Shown here one piece after another: positions 47,782 through 56,738 of a DNA stretch of 64,000 bases. Origin of the DNA: an uncultured archaeon (GTDB taxonomy: Archaea; Thermoproteota; Nitrososphaeria; Nitrososphaerales; Gagatemarchaeaceae). A program made the position numbers and the translations under genes. The DNA is taken from assembly GCA_963817525.1 (NCBI GenBank), contig CAWFOU010000001.1:928001-992000 (forward strand), in the 5' to 3' direction. Position 1 is the first letter of the stretch. Every line of letters starts with the position of its first letter. Under the pieces are notes generated by a model. The model was not told the DNA's origin and did not search any database. It worked only from the letters and a program-made list of their open reading frames with translations.

Positions 47782-48168
47782 ATGTCCGACTGGCGAACTG
47801 TCGGGGTAAGGCTCAAGGAGGAAGACGTTGCGCAGCTGAACCAACGTCTCAAACAGCTTGGTTATGGCTCTCTAAACGAGTTTGTGGGCGGGATCACGAA
47901 AGGGGTTGTAACCAACAAGCAGATTGTGGATGAGCTGGCTGAGGCAGTGGCAGACAGGATTGTTAACAAATTGTTAAACAGTCCGTTGGGCAAAGAGCCC
48001 AATCTGGGTGAGGAGTGGCGCCGGCGACGAGATTTGAACTCGCAAGCCCTTTCGAGCGGCAGCTTTCCAGGCTGCTGGGTTACCAGGTTACCCATACGCC
48101 GGCCCGGCCGTGTCGCCAGTGATTTTACCGTATATCGACTTTGCGTATCCGTCGAACAAGGGCTTTAA
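47782..48168 (+). CDS. int: Integrase N-terminal fragment (intN) with RHH-like start
   Basis: Reads WRRRRDLNSQALSSGSFPG through the att repeat in the same frame as intC. Confidence 0.85.
   Translation: MSDWRTVGVRLKEEDVAQLNQRLKQLGYGSLNEFVGGITKGVVTNKQIVDELAEAVADRIVNKLLNSPLGKEPNLGEEWRRRRDLNSQALSSGSFPGCWVTRLPIRRPGRVASDFTVYRLCVSVEQGL
48016..48103 (-). tRNA. tRNA-Ser(GGA)
   Basis: GCCGGCG acceptor stem, anticodon arm GCAGC-CTGGAAA-GCTGC, long variable arm, GTTCAAATC T-loop, encoded CCA. Confidence 0.95.
48017..48073 (+). repeat. att site within the intact tRNA-Ser
   Basis: Identical to 36972-37028. Confidence 0.95.
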
Positions 48169-48191
48169 CCCGCGAATCCCAAGAGTTCGCA

Positions 48192-49019
48192 TTGGGCAAG
48201 ATAATCGACGCCCACACCCACTGCTCGGGCAGGAGGAGGGACGACAGGCTCAGGCCATACGCGAAGCTCAACGGGCTGCGCTATGACCTCGAGGAGCTCC
48301 TGGGAAAGATGGAGGAGAACGGCGTCGTCCGGGCGCTGCTGCTGAGCCCACCCATGAGCGGGGGCGCGCCCCTCCCTAACGAGGAGGTCTTGAGGCTCTG
48401 CGAGAGAAGCGGCGAGAGGCTCCTCCCCGTCTTCACGGTGGAGCCCGAGAAGGGCGCTGTTAGGGAAGCGCTGAGGCTGGCGGAGGCGCGCCGTGGGTTG
48501 GTGAAGGGGTTCAAGGTCTGGCTCGGGTATAGGCGGGTCTTCGCCCGGGATCCCGTCTTCTCCCCGCTCTACGACTACGCTGAGGAGAACAAGCTCCCGG
48601 TGCTCTTCCACACGGGCGACACGGCCACAAGCACGGGGAGCCTTGCCCACGCCCACCCGCTCACCCTAGACGAGGTCGCGAACGAGAGGGAGGGCCTGAG
48701 AATCGTGGTCTGCCACATGGGCAACCCGTGGATCCTCGACACCGCGGAGCTGCTCTACAAGCACCCCAACGTCTTCGCGGACATCTCGGGGCTCGTCGTG
48801 GGGGGTGCGGCGTACACGGAGGACTACGTCACGATGCTCGCCCAGAGGATAAGCGAGGCCGTCTACTACGCGGGAGGGGCGGAGAAGGTGATGTTCGGGA
48901 CCGACTATCCGGTCCAGACGTTCGACAAGGGCCTCTCGCTGGTCTCCAAGCTCAAGGTGACCCATGCGGACAAGGAGAAGATGCTGTGGCGCAACGCCTC
49001 GAGGCTGTTCTCGATATGA
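48192..49019 (+). CDS. Amidohydrolase family protein
   Basis: IIDAHTH, PVLFHTG, CHMG, DISG, MFGTDYP, NASRLF. Confidence 0.9.
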   Translation: MGKIIDAHTHCSGRRRDDRLRPYAKLNGLRYDLEELLGKMEENGVVRALLLSPPMSGGAPLPNEEVLRLCERSGERLLPVFTVEPEKGAVREALRLAEARRGLVKGFKVWLGYRRVFARDPVFSPLYDYAEENKLPVLFHTGDTATSTGSLAHAHPLTLDEVANEREGLRIVVCHMGNPWILDTAELLYKHPNVFADISGLVVGGAAYTEDYVTMLAQRISEAVYYAGGAEKVMFGTDYPVQTFDKGLSLVSKLKVTHADKEKMLWRNASRLFSI

Positions 49020-49531
49020 CGCCGGCGAAAGTCGAGATCATCGAAGTCCCGAAGGGCGAGAGGGAGCGGCTGCTCCCGATACTCGAGGAGAGCTTCGAGG
49101 GGCTGTACCTCTGGCATGCGAGGCGCACCTTGCACGGCATCGGGGTGGTCAGGGAGGCGCGCACAGCCGAGGGCGAGGACGCAGGGCTCATAATGATCAA
49201 GGAGCTGGGCGAGGGGGCGGGGTACGTCTACTATGTCGCCGTCCCACCTCGCTTCAGGAGGCGGGGGATAGGCGGGAGGCTCCTTGACGACGCGCTCTCC
49301 CTCTTCGCCGAGAAGGGGGTGCGGGACGTCTACGCCAGCGTCGAGGAGGAAAACGTGGATTCGAAGAAGCTCTTCGGCTCGAGGGGGTTCGAGAGGGTCG
49401 AGGGCTCGAAGATGGCGGCGAAGTACGGGAGGATAAAGTCGCTCCTCATGTACCGCGAGATGACCGTCGTCCCCGGAGAGGTCCTCATGGGGAAGAGCCT
49501 CGAAGCGGGCGCGAAGCCCGGCTCGGGCTAG
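49016..49531 (+). CDS. GNAT acetyltransferase
   Basis: VAVPPRFRRRGIGGRLL, N..SKKLF...GF; ATGA overlap with the upstream gene. Confidence 0.85.
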   Translation: MTPAKVEIIEVPKGERERLLPILEESFEGLYLWHARRTLHGIGVVREARTAEGEDAGLIMIKELGEGAGYVYYVAVPPRFRRRGIGGRLLDDALSLFAEKGVRDVYASVEEENVDSKKLFGSRGFERVEGSKMAAKYGRIKSLLMYREMTVVPGEVLMGKSLEAGAKPGSG

Positions 49532-49532
49532 G

Positions 49533-50582
49533 TCAAGCGCCTTTTGCGCCCGGCGAGGGCTCGGCGGCGCGTCCTTCCTGTTCGGGTTTGTCCTGCTTTT
49601 TCCACATCTTCGGGTACGTCCCCTGGTCCATGATCACGCGCCTGACGGGGAAGGCTATCCCCTTGGGCTGCGCCTGGACCTCCTCGGTAGTCATTGAGGC
49701 CTCCGCGATCCCGATCAGCTCGCCCTTCGCGGTCAGGAGCACGACGGTCTCCCTCTTCGTGATGCCCTTCGAGAGCGAGATCACGCCCGGGATGGCGAGC
49801 ATCGCGCCGTGGCAGACGGCGTCGACCGCCGAGTCCTTCACGACCACTTGACGGATGCCGTCCAGGCAGGACTCGATGGGCCACACCACCCTGCGCAGCT
49901 CCGACTCGTCCCCCGAGTCCTTCCACTTTTGCATCGCGATGTCGAGCGCGTGGAGGGTGACTATGCCCTTGCCCTCGTCGAGCGGGCCGACCTTGGTCCT
50001 CCGGAGCTCTACCATGGTCGCCCCCACGGCCAAGACCTCCCCGATGTCGTAGAAGAGCTTCCGGATGTAGGTGCCCGCCTGGCACACGCACCTGAGAAGG
50101 AAGAGGTTCCCCCTCTGCTCGAGAACCTCGAGCTCGTAGATCCGCCTCGTGCGGGTCTCCCTCTTGACCGAAGAGCGCTGGGGAGGCCTCTGGTAGATCT
50201 CGTCGGTGAACTCCGCTATGACCCGGTCGACCTCCGCCCGCGGGACCGAGGAGTGGATGCGCATTATCCCGACGTACTCCTTGGGGAAGATGAGGAGCAG
50301 CCCGAGCGCCTTGGTAGCCCTCCCCAGGCCGATGGGGAGCATCCCCGAGACGCCGGGGTCGAGGGTGCCGCTGTGCCCCGCCTTGTCTATGCCGGTGAGG
50401 CGCCTGACCCAGGAGACCTCCTCGTGGCTCGTCGGGCCGGTGGTCTTGTCGAGGGGTATCAGGCCGTAGTTGAGCAGCTCCTTGATCGGGCGCTTCGAGG
50501 GCTCCCAGCCGTACTTGGGGTCGGTGGGCTCCTCGCTGATGGTGACCATATCATCGGTCGCGGCCCCGGTCGGGATCGTCAA
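49533..50582 (-). CDS. truB: H/ACA pseudouridine synthase Cbf5
   Basis: LDKTTGPTSHE, GHSGTLDP, QRPP, AGTYIRKL, PUA domain; start at 50582 or 50549. Confidence 0.95.
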   Translation of the reverse strand: MTIPTGAATDDMVTISEEPTDPKYGWEPSKRPIKELLNYGLIPLDKTTGPTSHEEVSWVRRLTGIDKAGHSGTLDPGVSGMLPIGLGRATKALGLLLIFPKEYVGIMRIHSSVPRAEVDRVIAEFTDEIYQRPPQRSSVKRETRTRRIYELEVLEQRGNLFLLRCVCQAGTYIRKLFYDIGEVLAVGATMVELRRTKVGPLDEGKGIVTLHALDIAMQKWKDSGDESELRRVVWPIESCLDGIRQVVVKDSAVDAVCHGAMLAIPGVISLSKGITKRETVVLLTAKGELIGIAEASMTTEEVQAQPKGIAFPVRRVIMDQGTYPKMWKKQDKPEQEGRAAEPSPGAKGA

Positions 50583-51193
50583 GCCGGACGTCTTCTGCCG
50601 CCCTTCTTGCTGCCTGTGGGCTTCCCGGCCTTGGCCTTGGTCTCCCCGGGGAGCTGCTCGAGGACGGAGGCCGCCACCTTGTCCGCGGGGACCCCGTCCG
50701 TCCCCGCCACTATCGCGAACGGAGACAGGTCCTTCCCGAAACGTATCCCGTATAGCTTCTTGTAGAGCTCGTAGTTCTCGCTGTCCCTGGCGTCTATCAC
50801 CTTCGCGCACTCTTCGGGAGAGGAGGAGTCTCGCTTCGCCATGCGTTCGGCCCTGCTCCTCTTCGTCCCCGAGAGCCAGACCTTGATGCCGTCCTTCGCG
50901 AGCCAGGGGAGGGTGTAGCTCGTCATCACGACGTCGCCCTCGCGGGCTCTCGCGAGGAGGCGCCTGTCCACCTCCTTGTCGAACTCTGGGTCGCCCGCGC
51001 GCTCTTTCATGAACTTCATCCCCTCTTCGGTGTCCCACCAGTCGTCTCCCACCGCGTTGTAGCCCTCCTCCAGGGCGATCTCCTTGAGGACGTCCCCGCC
51101 TCCGATGAGCTTGAGGTTGAGCTTGGAGGCGATTATCTTCGCGACCGTGGTCTTCCCTACCGCCGGCATCCCGCAGAGGATTATGGCCTTCAT
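50579..51193 (-). CDS. cmk: Cytidylate kinase
   Basis: ICGMPAVGKTT-type P-loop, DKEVD, RAERMAKRD, YKKLYGI. Confidence 0.88.
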   Translation of the reverse strand: MKAIILCGMPAVGKTTVAKIIASKLNLKLIGGGDVLKEIALEEGYNAVGDDWWDTEEGMKFMKERAGDPEFDKEVDRRLLARAREGDVVMTSYTLPWLAKDGIKVWLSGTKRSRAERMAKRDSSSPEECAKVIDARDSENYELYKKLYGIRFGKDLSPFAIVAGTDGVPADKVAASVLEQLPGETKAKAGKPTGSKKGGRRRPA

Positions 51194-51678
51194 GACATCG
51201 TCTGGGACGTGCCCAGCAGCTTGGTCATCAGCGTTGAGAATGAGAGGGACGAGAGGAAGTACCACCAGATGAGCACCATGCTCCCGTTTGCTGCCACGAT
51301 GAACGGGATCGGTATGGGGGAGTAGGCGACCACTCCAGAGACGCAGATGCTGGGGAACTTGCAGCCGCTCACAAAGTCACCCATGAAGTAGTAGACCGCG
51401 ATGAAGGGGAGCCATGTGACGAGCACGACCTTGAACCGTCCGGAGGAGGCCTTGAGCCTCATCTGGTCCATCTGAGGCTTTTTCTTCTTGAGCTTGTCCT
51501 GCTTCTCCTTGTCCTTGCTGGCGACGGCCTCCTTCAGCTCCTTGTCGAACGCGGCGACCTCCGCCCTCATTCTCCGCTCGCGCTTGAGGTCGACTAGGAG
51601 CCTGGTGGCGACGTTCGACATGAAGCCCAGGAAGATTGCCGTACAGGTGATGATTACCGTCGACTCGGGTATGGCAAG
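51190..51678 (-). CDS. DUF106 (EMC3/TMCO1-like) membrane protein
   Basis: TM, coiled coil, TMs with WYFLSS...KLLG; canonical position after adk; no clear start codon. Confidence 0.8.
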   Translation of the reverse strand, partial: LAIPESTVIITCTAIFLGFMSNVATRLLVDLKRERRMRAEVAAFDKELKEAVASKDKEKQDKLKKKKPQMDQMRLKASSGRFKVVLVTWLPFIAVYYFMGDFVSGCKFPSICVSGVVAYSPIPIPFIVAANGSMVLIWWYFLSSLSFSTLMTKLLGTSQTMS

Positions 51679-51680
51679 GG

Positions 51681-52253
51681 TCAGGCCTTCGCACCCCTCA
51701 CCAGCTCGGCTATCTGCTCGGCGGCCTTGTCGGAGGCCCCCTCGTCGTTGTGCACGAACGCCATCGGCGCCCCGCTCACCAGCGAGGCAGCCGTAAGGAA
51801 GCTCCTGGCCAGCTCGAGCTCCTCGGTGATCTGCTCCTCGGTGACCTCGTCCCTGTACCTCGTGGTGTCGTTCTTGCGGCGAGCGAGTATCTGCTTCGCC
51901 GAGGTCTCGACGAGGAGGAGGTGCGTCGGCTTCATGGGTCGGATAACGCGGAGCGGGAGCCCCGGCCAAAAGCCCTCAGGGGTGCGGATGAAGAGGTGCG
52001 TGTCGATGAACACGACCTTCCCCTTGCCCCTGCTGATCCGAGCCGCCGCGGCCTCCTGGAGCTTCTCCTGCTTCTTCACAGGGAGCTTGCGCATCTCGTC
52101 GCGGTGCTTGACCCACTTGAGCCTGAGCGCCTCGTCGAACATCGCTGTGCCGAAGACCTGGACGGCGGACCCCGCGACGGCCGCGTGCGCCTTGGCCACG
52201 ACCGTGCTCTTCCCCACTCCGGGGACTCCTACTATCACTATCCTGAGACCCAT
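51681..52253 (-). CDS. adkA: Archaeal adenylate kinase
   Basis: GVPGVGKST, HRDEMRKL, IDTH, GFWPGLP. Confidence 0.95.
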   Translation of the reverse strand: MGLRIVIVGVPGVGKSTVVAKAHAAVAGSAVQVFGTAMFDEALRLKWVKHRDEMRKLPVKKQEKLQEAAAARISRGKGKVVFIDTHLFIRTPEGFWPGLPLRVIRPMKPTHLLLVETSAKQILARRKNDTTRYRDEVTEEQITEELELARSFLTAASLVSGAPMAFVHNDEGASDKAAEQIAELVRGAKA

Positions 52254-52271
52254 GGCAATCCCAACGCTAGG

Positions 52272-53690
52272 CTAAGCCTGGCCCAGGACTCCGGCGAGTC
52301 TGGGCGAGAACTCCTCGAGCTGCTCCTTGACGAGCATCTGGTAGTATTGCAGCACGATGTCGACGCCGAGGAGGAGGCCCACGCCGGTGTCGAAGACGCC
52401 GAAGATGTCGCCGACGGCGGCCACGCCCCCGATTATCAGGCCCCCGATGACGGTGATCGGCGGGATGTACCTGTTGAGGACCTGCTCGATGGAGAGCCCC
52501 GCCCTCCTGAACCCGGGCACCTGGACGTCGGCGTTCATGAGGTTCTTGGCCACGGTCCGGGAAGAGAGCCCTCCTATCTCGACCCAGATCCTGGCGAACA
52601 TCACGGCGAGGGTCATGAGGAAGGCCGTGTAGATTATGGCGTGTAGCGGGTCGGCGACGGTCGCCTGCACGTCCTGCGGTGGCGTGATGTAGTAGACCAG
52701 GCCCGAAGTCGGGTCGTAGCTCGTGTTGTAGACCACCAGGTACTTCATCCAACCAGGGGGATGAGTCCCGACGTAGTTCGAGAGTATACGGGTGAAGAAC
52801 GATACGTTCGCGGTGAGCGCCGAGACGAGGATGACTGGGATGTTCGAGACGTAGAGGAGCTTGATCGGGTAGACGCCCTGGAAGCCCCTGTACTTTACGG
52901 AGGTGATCGGCACCTCCACCCTTATCCCCTCCACGTAGGTGATGAACAGGATAACGGCGGCGGTCATCACGAACGTGAACATGCTCGGAAAGGCGTTCGC
53001 CCTCAGGAAGACCGAGGCCACCCCACCGCCCCCTGGGAAGAGCGACGCGACTAGCGCGGGTACGAAGCCGTAGATGACCGCAGGGGCCCCCTGCGTGGCC
53101 GATACCGGGTAGGGAGAGAGCGTGTCCCACCACAGCGTCTGTGCGACGCCGCCCAAGATGAAGAGCGAGATCCCGCTCCCGATGCCCCAGCCTTTCTGGA
53201 TCATCTCGTCGAGGAGGAGGATTATCACGCTCGCTCCGAAGAGCTGGAAGAATATCACGACGGCCTGGGAGCTCCCCAGCGTGCCGAGCGCGCCGCCAAG
53301 GATGTAGGCGCTGCACTCGACTATGATCACTACGAAGGTGAGCAGCTTCGTCGCGGTCCCGAAGAGGGCCCTGTCCTCGGTGGCCCCGAGGTCGAGCTTG
53401 AGTATGTCGCTGCCCTGGAGGAGCTGGAGTATGAGGCCCGCCGTCACAATGGGGCCTATGCCTAGCTCGGTGAGGGTACCCTGCGAGGAGGCGAAGATCA
53501 GCCTGAGGTAAGCGAACTGGTCGGCCTCGTTGCCAAAGTGGAAGAGGGGGGTGATCCCCATTATCATGTAGAGGATGAGGGCGCCGCCGGTCCAGATGAA
53601 CTTCTCAGAAAGGGCGGGCTTCTTGACTGGCTTAGGTATCTCTGGGAGGACTGTCGCAACGCTCTTGACAAAGTTGCGTAATGAGACCAA
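52272..53690 (-). CDS. secY: Preprotein translocase SecY
   Basis: ELGIGPIVTAG, GIGSGISLFI, YPIKLLYVSNIP, VPGFRR. Confidence 0.97.
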   Translation of the reverse strand: MVSLRNFVKSVATVLPEIPKPVKKPALSEKFIWTGGALILYMIMGITPLFHFGNEADQFAYLRLIFASSQGTLTELGIGPIVTAGLILQLLQGSDILKLDLGATEDRALFGTATKLLTFVVIIVECSAYILGGALGTLGSSQAVVIFFQLFGASVIILLLDEMIQKGWGIGSGISLFILGGVAQTLWWDTLSPYPVSATQGAPAVIYGFVPALVASLFPGGGGVASVFLRANAFPSMFTFVMTAAVILFITYVEGIRVEVPITSVKYRGFQGVYPIKLLYVSNIPVILVSALTANVSFFTRILSNYVGTHPPGWMKYLVVYNTSYDPTSGLVYYITPPQDVQATVADPLHAIIYTAFLMTLAVMFARIWVEIGGLSSRTVAKNLMNADVQVPGFRRAGLSIEQVLNRYIPPITVIGGLIIGGVAAVGDIFGVFDTGVGLLLGVDIVLQYYQMLVKEQLEEFSPRLAGVLGQA

Positions 53691-53711
53691 GGCTAGTTGT
53701 GAACTCCGCTC

Positions 53712-54128
53712 TCACTCTGTAAGTATCTTGCCACCTGCTTCCTCGAGCTTCTGCTTCGCCCTCTCGGTATATGAAGAGACCTTTACGTTGTAAGCGCGGG
53801 TCACGTTTCCCGCTCCGAGGAGCTTCTCGACGCCCCTCGCGACGAGGTCGATGGAGACAGGCCCTCCCTTGCTCGCGCCGTCCTCTGCGAAGGAGCCCAG
53901 CTCGCCGACGTTCGCCCACTTTGAGACCTTGTGCCAGCTCGGCGGCTTGAACGGGTCGCGCCCAAAGTGGTCGGGGTCGTTGATTATCAGCCAGGACCAC
54001 TTGTGCTTGTGGAGCCCCGCGTTGCCGTGGCCTCCCTGCTTCCCGGAGTGCCTGTGCTGGCCTATCTGCCCGTAGCCGTGCGTGCGTGAGCCGCGCTGCT
54101 TGCGTACCTTTCGGAGCCTGGTAGGCAC
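53712..54128 (-). CDS. rpl15: 50S ribosomal protein L15
   Basis: RGSRTHGYG...GGHGNAG, KLLGAG, KLEEAGG. Confidence 0.96.
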   Translation of the reverse strand: MPTRLRKVRKQRGSRTHGYGQIGQHRHSGKQGGHGNAGLHKHKWSWLIINDPDHFGRDPFKPPSWHKVSKWANVGELGSFAEDGASKGGPVSIDLVARGVEKLLGAGNVTRAYNVKVSSYTERAKQKLEEAGGKILTE

Positions 54129-54129
54129 C

Positions 54130-54600
54130 TCAGATCATCCTCCTCACGATCTCGGGGAGCTTCGGGTTCTCCCCTAGGATCCCGCCCTCCCTGAACTGCC
54201 TGCGCGACGAGCGCTTGAAGCCTCCCCTCGGCGGCGAGAGCCCGAAGAAGGGCTTGAGCCCCTTCACCGCCGAGAGCGTGCTGGAGGTCTCCCCCTTGAT
54301 TATGGCCTGCGCCAAGTCCGCGTAGGTCTTGTAGCCCATGGCTTTCAACTGTTCCTCGTCCAGCGTCTTCGAGCTGCTCACCCTCCCCCTCGACTGCAGG
54401 AGCGAGGTGAGTAGTTCGGCGTCGAGCGGTGCCCAGGCCACATAGTCCTTGCAGAGGTGGACCTCGCCCTTCGAGATGGGATCGTCGCCCACGACCGCGG
54501 CAGCGAAGCGCTTCCCTATCCCGAGCTGTATGAGCGTCTCCCTCGTCCCGCGTGGGACGTTTATCAGACCGTGAAGGTTGACGACGAGAAGTTTACCCAA
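54130..54600 (-). CDS. rpl30: 50S ribosomal protein L30
   Basis: KDYVAW, LSPPRGGFK; position between rps5 and rpl15. Confidence 0.92.
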   Translation of the reverse strand: MGKLLVVNLHGLINVPRGTRETLIQLGIGKRFAAAVVGDDPISKGEVHLCKDYVAWAPLDAELLTSLLQSRGRVSSSKTLDEEQLKAMGYKTYADLAQAIIKGETSSTLSAVKGLKPFFGLSPPRGGFKRSSRRQFREGGILGENPKLPEIVRRMI

Positions 54601-54619
54601 ATTTTTTCACCAATCGACC

Positions 54620-55255
54620 CTATACGTTGAGCCCGTGCGACTTGCTAAAGGCGTCGTAGACAGCGTTGGCGAGCGACGAGAGCGTGTTCGTCGAGCCGAA
54701 GGTCCTTACCCAGACGTCCTTCACGCCGGCGAGGGCCAAGAGGTTGGTCAGCGCAGGCCCGGCGACCCTACCGAGGGAGCGCGGACCTGGGAGGAGCTCC
54801 ACCTTGACGCTCCCCGCCTTGCCCGTGATCCTGTAGGGGACGGAATGGGCCGTGCCGCACTTGCACTCCCAGCTGCCGCAGCCGAGCTTGACCGGGATTA
54901 TGTTGAGCAGCGCGTCGTTGGTGGCCTTGTCGATGGCGGACTTCATCTGGGCAGCCTTGCCCTTGCCCACCCCGAACCAGCCGTTCCCGTTCCCGACCGC
55001 GACCACCGCGCCGAAGCGCGTGAGCTCTCCCGCGTCGGTCTGCTTCTGGACGATGCCCACGTAGACGACCTCCGATGAGAGGTCGGGGACGAGCTTCTTC
55101 ACCATCTCTGGCTCCCGTATCTTCCAGCCCTGCTGGAAGATCTCCTCAAGTGAAGTGATCTTGCCCTCCGCTACCATGCTACCGAGCTTCGTGCGCGGTA
55201 CCCATGGGATCTGCTTCTCTTCCTCGCGCCTGCGATAGCCTCTGCCTTGGGACAT
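54620..55255 (-). CDS. rps5: 30S ribosomal protein S5
   Basis: WVPRTKLG, QTDAG, GCGSWEC. Confidence 0.97.
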   Translation of the reverse strand: MSQGRGYRRREEEKQIPWVPRTKLGSMVAEGKITSLEEIFQQGWKIREPEMVKKLVPDLSSEVVYVGIVQKQTDAGELTRFGAVVAVGNGNGWFGVGKGKAAQMKSAIDKATNDALLNIIPVKLGCGSWECKCGTAHSVPYRITGKAGSVKVELLPGPRSLGRVAGPALTNLLALAGVKDVWVRTFGSTNTLSSLANAVYDAFSKSHGLNV

Positions 55256-55261
55256 TTCCTA

Positions 55262-55855
55262 TCACTTTGCTCCTTTCAGGATGGCCTGCTTCAGCGCGCT
55301 GGCGTTCTGGACGTAGTCCTCAGGCTTGAAGCCCGTCTTGATGAGCCCCGAGAAGACCTTCGAGTACTTCTCCTTGTCCTCTGCGAGGAGAGACTTTGCG
55401 TAATCCGCGGTCGTCTTGCCCGTTATCCTGTCCTCTGAGGGGGCGACCTCGTCCGACATGGGGACTTCGACGCCCGCGTCCTTCACGCCCTTCACGAGCG
55501 ATGCGACGCGCGAGCCGTTGACGAAGGCGGCGAGCCCGTTGTAGAGGTAGGCCTTCTCGACCCCCTTCGCCTTGGCCCTCTTTCCCGCCAGAAGCCCGAG
55601 AAGGTAGCAGGCCGGGACCGACTTTGTCGAACCATTCCAGCCGAGCTTCTTGAGGTTCCTCGAGTGCGCGGACGACACCACCTCGTCGCCCACCGCCTTC
55701 GGCTTGATGAACTGGACCGAGACGTTCTTCGACGAGACCCTGACCGCGAGGAGCGGGACGGACGACGTGATTATCTTCTTGCGCGCCCGGTAGTCGGTGA
55801 CGCCCTCCCTTCTGCGCCTGTAGACCGGGACGTACTTTTGCTTCGTGCTTGTCAT
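55262..55855 (-). CDS. rpl18: 50S ribosomal protein L18
   Basis: RRRREGVTDYRAR, ACYLLG. Confidence 0.95.
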   Translation of the reverse strand: MTSTKQKYVPVYRRRREGVTDYRARKKIITSSVPLLAVRVSSKNVSVQFIKPKAVGDEVVSSAHSRNLKKLGWNGSTKSVPACYLLGLLAGKRAKAKGVEKAYLYNGLAAFVNGSRVASLVKGVKDAGVEVPMSDEVAPSEDRITGKTTADYAKSLLAEDKEKYSKVFSGLIKTGFKPEDYVQNASALKQAILKGAK

Positions 55856-55874
55856 TATCTATCGATACCTCTCT

Positions 55875-56306
55875 CTACTTCTTCGACTCCTTAATCATCT
55901 CTAGGAGCCTCTTCACGTCCCTGACCTGGCCGCCCTTTATCTGCCTGTAGAGCTTGTTGTAGTTCTCCTTCGTCAATTCGTTCCTCTCGCGGGCCACGGT
56001 CAGCCTCCACCTGAGCGCCCTCACCTTGTGCACCCACGCCTGCTTCTTGGGGTTGCGGGAGCCCTTCGCCCCCTTGAGAGAGCCCTGGTGCCTTATCTTC
56101 CCCTTGGCATGCCTGGTCCTGTACCTGCCCCTCGACACCCCCTTCTCCGGTGCGACCTTGATCGCGCCCAGCCCGACGAGCCCGCGTATCGTGCTCCTCG
56201 TGATGGCGTCCTGGATGAAGTCCTCCGCCTCCGGGTCGAAGCGTATCCTGTCCTCGCCCACGCCGAGGACGTCGGCCGCCAGCCGCCGCTTACTTCTTAG
56301 ATTCAA
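55875..56306 (-). CDS. rpl19e: 50S ribosomal protein L19e
   Basis: KRRLAADVLGVGEDRI, AITR, GVSRGR. Confidence 0.95.
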   Translation of the reverse strand: MNLRSKRRLAADVLGVGEDRIRFDPEAEDFIQDAITRSTIRGLVGLGAIKVAPEKGVSRGRYRTRHAKGKIRHQGSLKGAKGSRNPKKQAWVHKVRALRWRLTVARERNELTKENYNKLYRQIKGGQVRDVKRLLEMIKESKK

Positions 56307-56730
56307 TGCTCCTCAACCTCGTCGGATTCAGAACGCGCAGGCCGAGCTCCGTCGCCCTCTTCAGGATGGCGACCCGCTTCTTCGCACCCACGCGCCTACC
56401 TATCCTTACGGCGTCACGCTCAGGAATCAGGTCATCGAGCTGCGAAGGGTTGTGCACGAGCACGTCCAGGTGCCCGCTTGGGTGGTAGCCGCGGGCCTTT
56501 ACGGGTCCCCCATAGCCTATCTTTACGCGCTTCGGGTATCCCTTGAACGACTTGCGAATCTTGTTGTCTAGGCCCTTTGGCTTCCTCCACTCCGGGTGGA
56601 TCCTGACGTACCTCCAGCTCTCCGGGCGGAGGAACCTTGGCCGAGCGTCCGCTACGCTCTTCCTGAGCTCTAGGAGCTCGAGGAGCTCCTTCTTCGTCGA
56701 ATCGGCCTTGGTCTGTTTTTTGGTTGCCAT
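56290..56730 (-). CDS. rpl32e: 50S ribosomal protein L32e
   Basis: PRFLR, WRKPKGLDNKIR, RGYHPSG. Confidence 0.96.
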   Translation of the reverse strand: MATKKQTKADSTKKELLELLELRKSVADARPRFLRPESWRYVRIHPEWRKPKGLDNKIRKSFKGYPKRVKIGYGGPVKARGYHPSGHLDVLVHNPSQLDDLIPERDAVRIGRRVGAKKRVAILKRATELGLRVLNPTRLRSIESKK

Positions 56731-56738
56731 TTCTTACA

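Larger units (their letters stand above)
36972..48073. mobile_element. Integrated element (11,045 bp as a circle) in tRNA-Ser(GGA)
   Basis: Identical 57-bp direct repeats at both ends, split tyrosine integrase, visibly lower GC, cargo unrelated to core genes. Confidence 0.93.
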
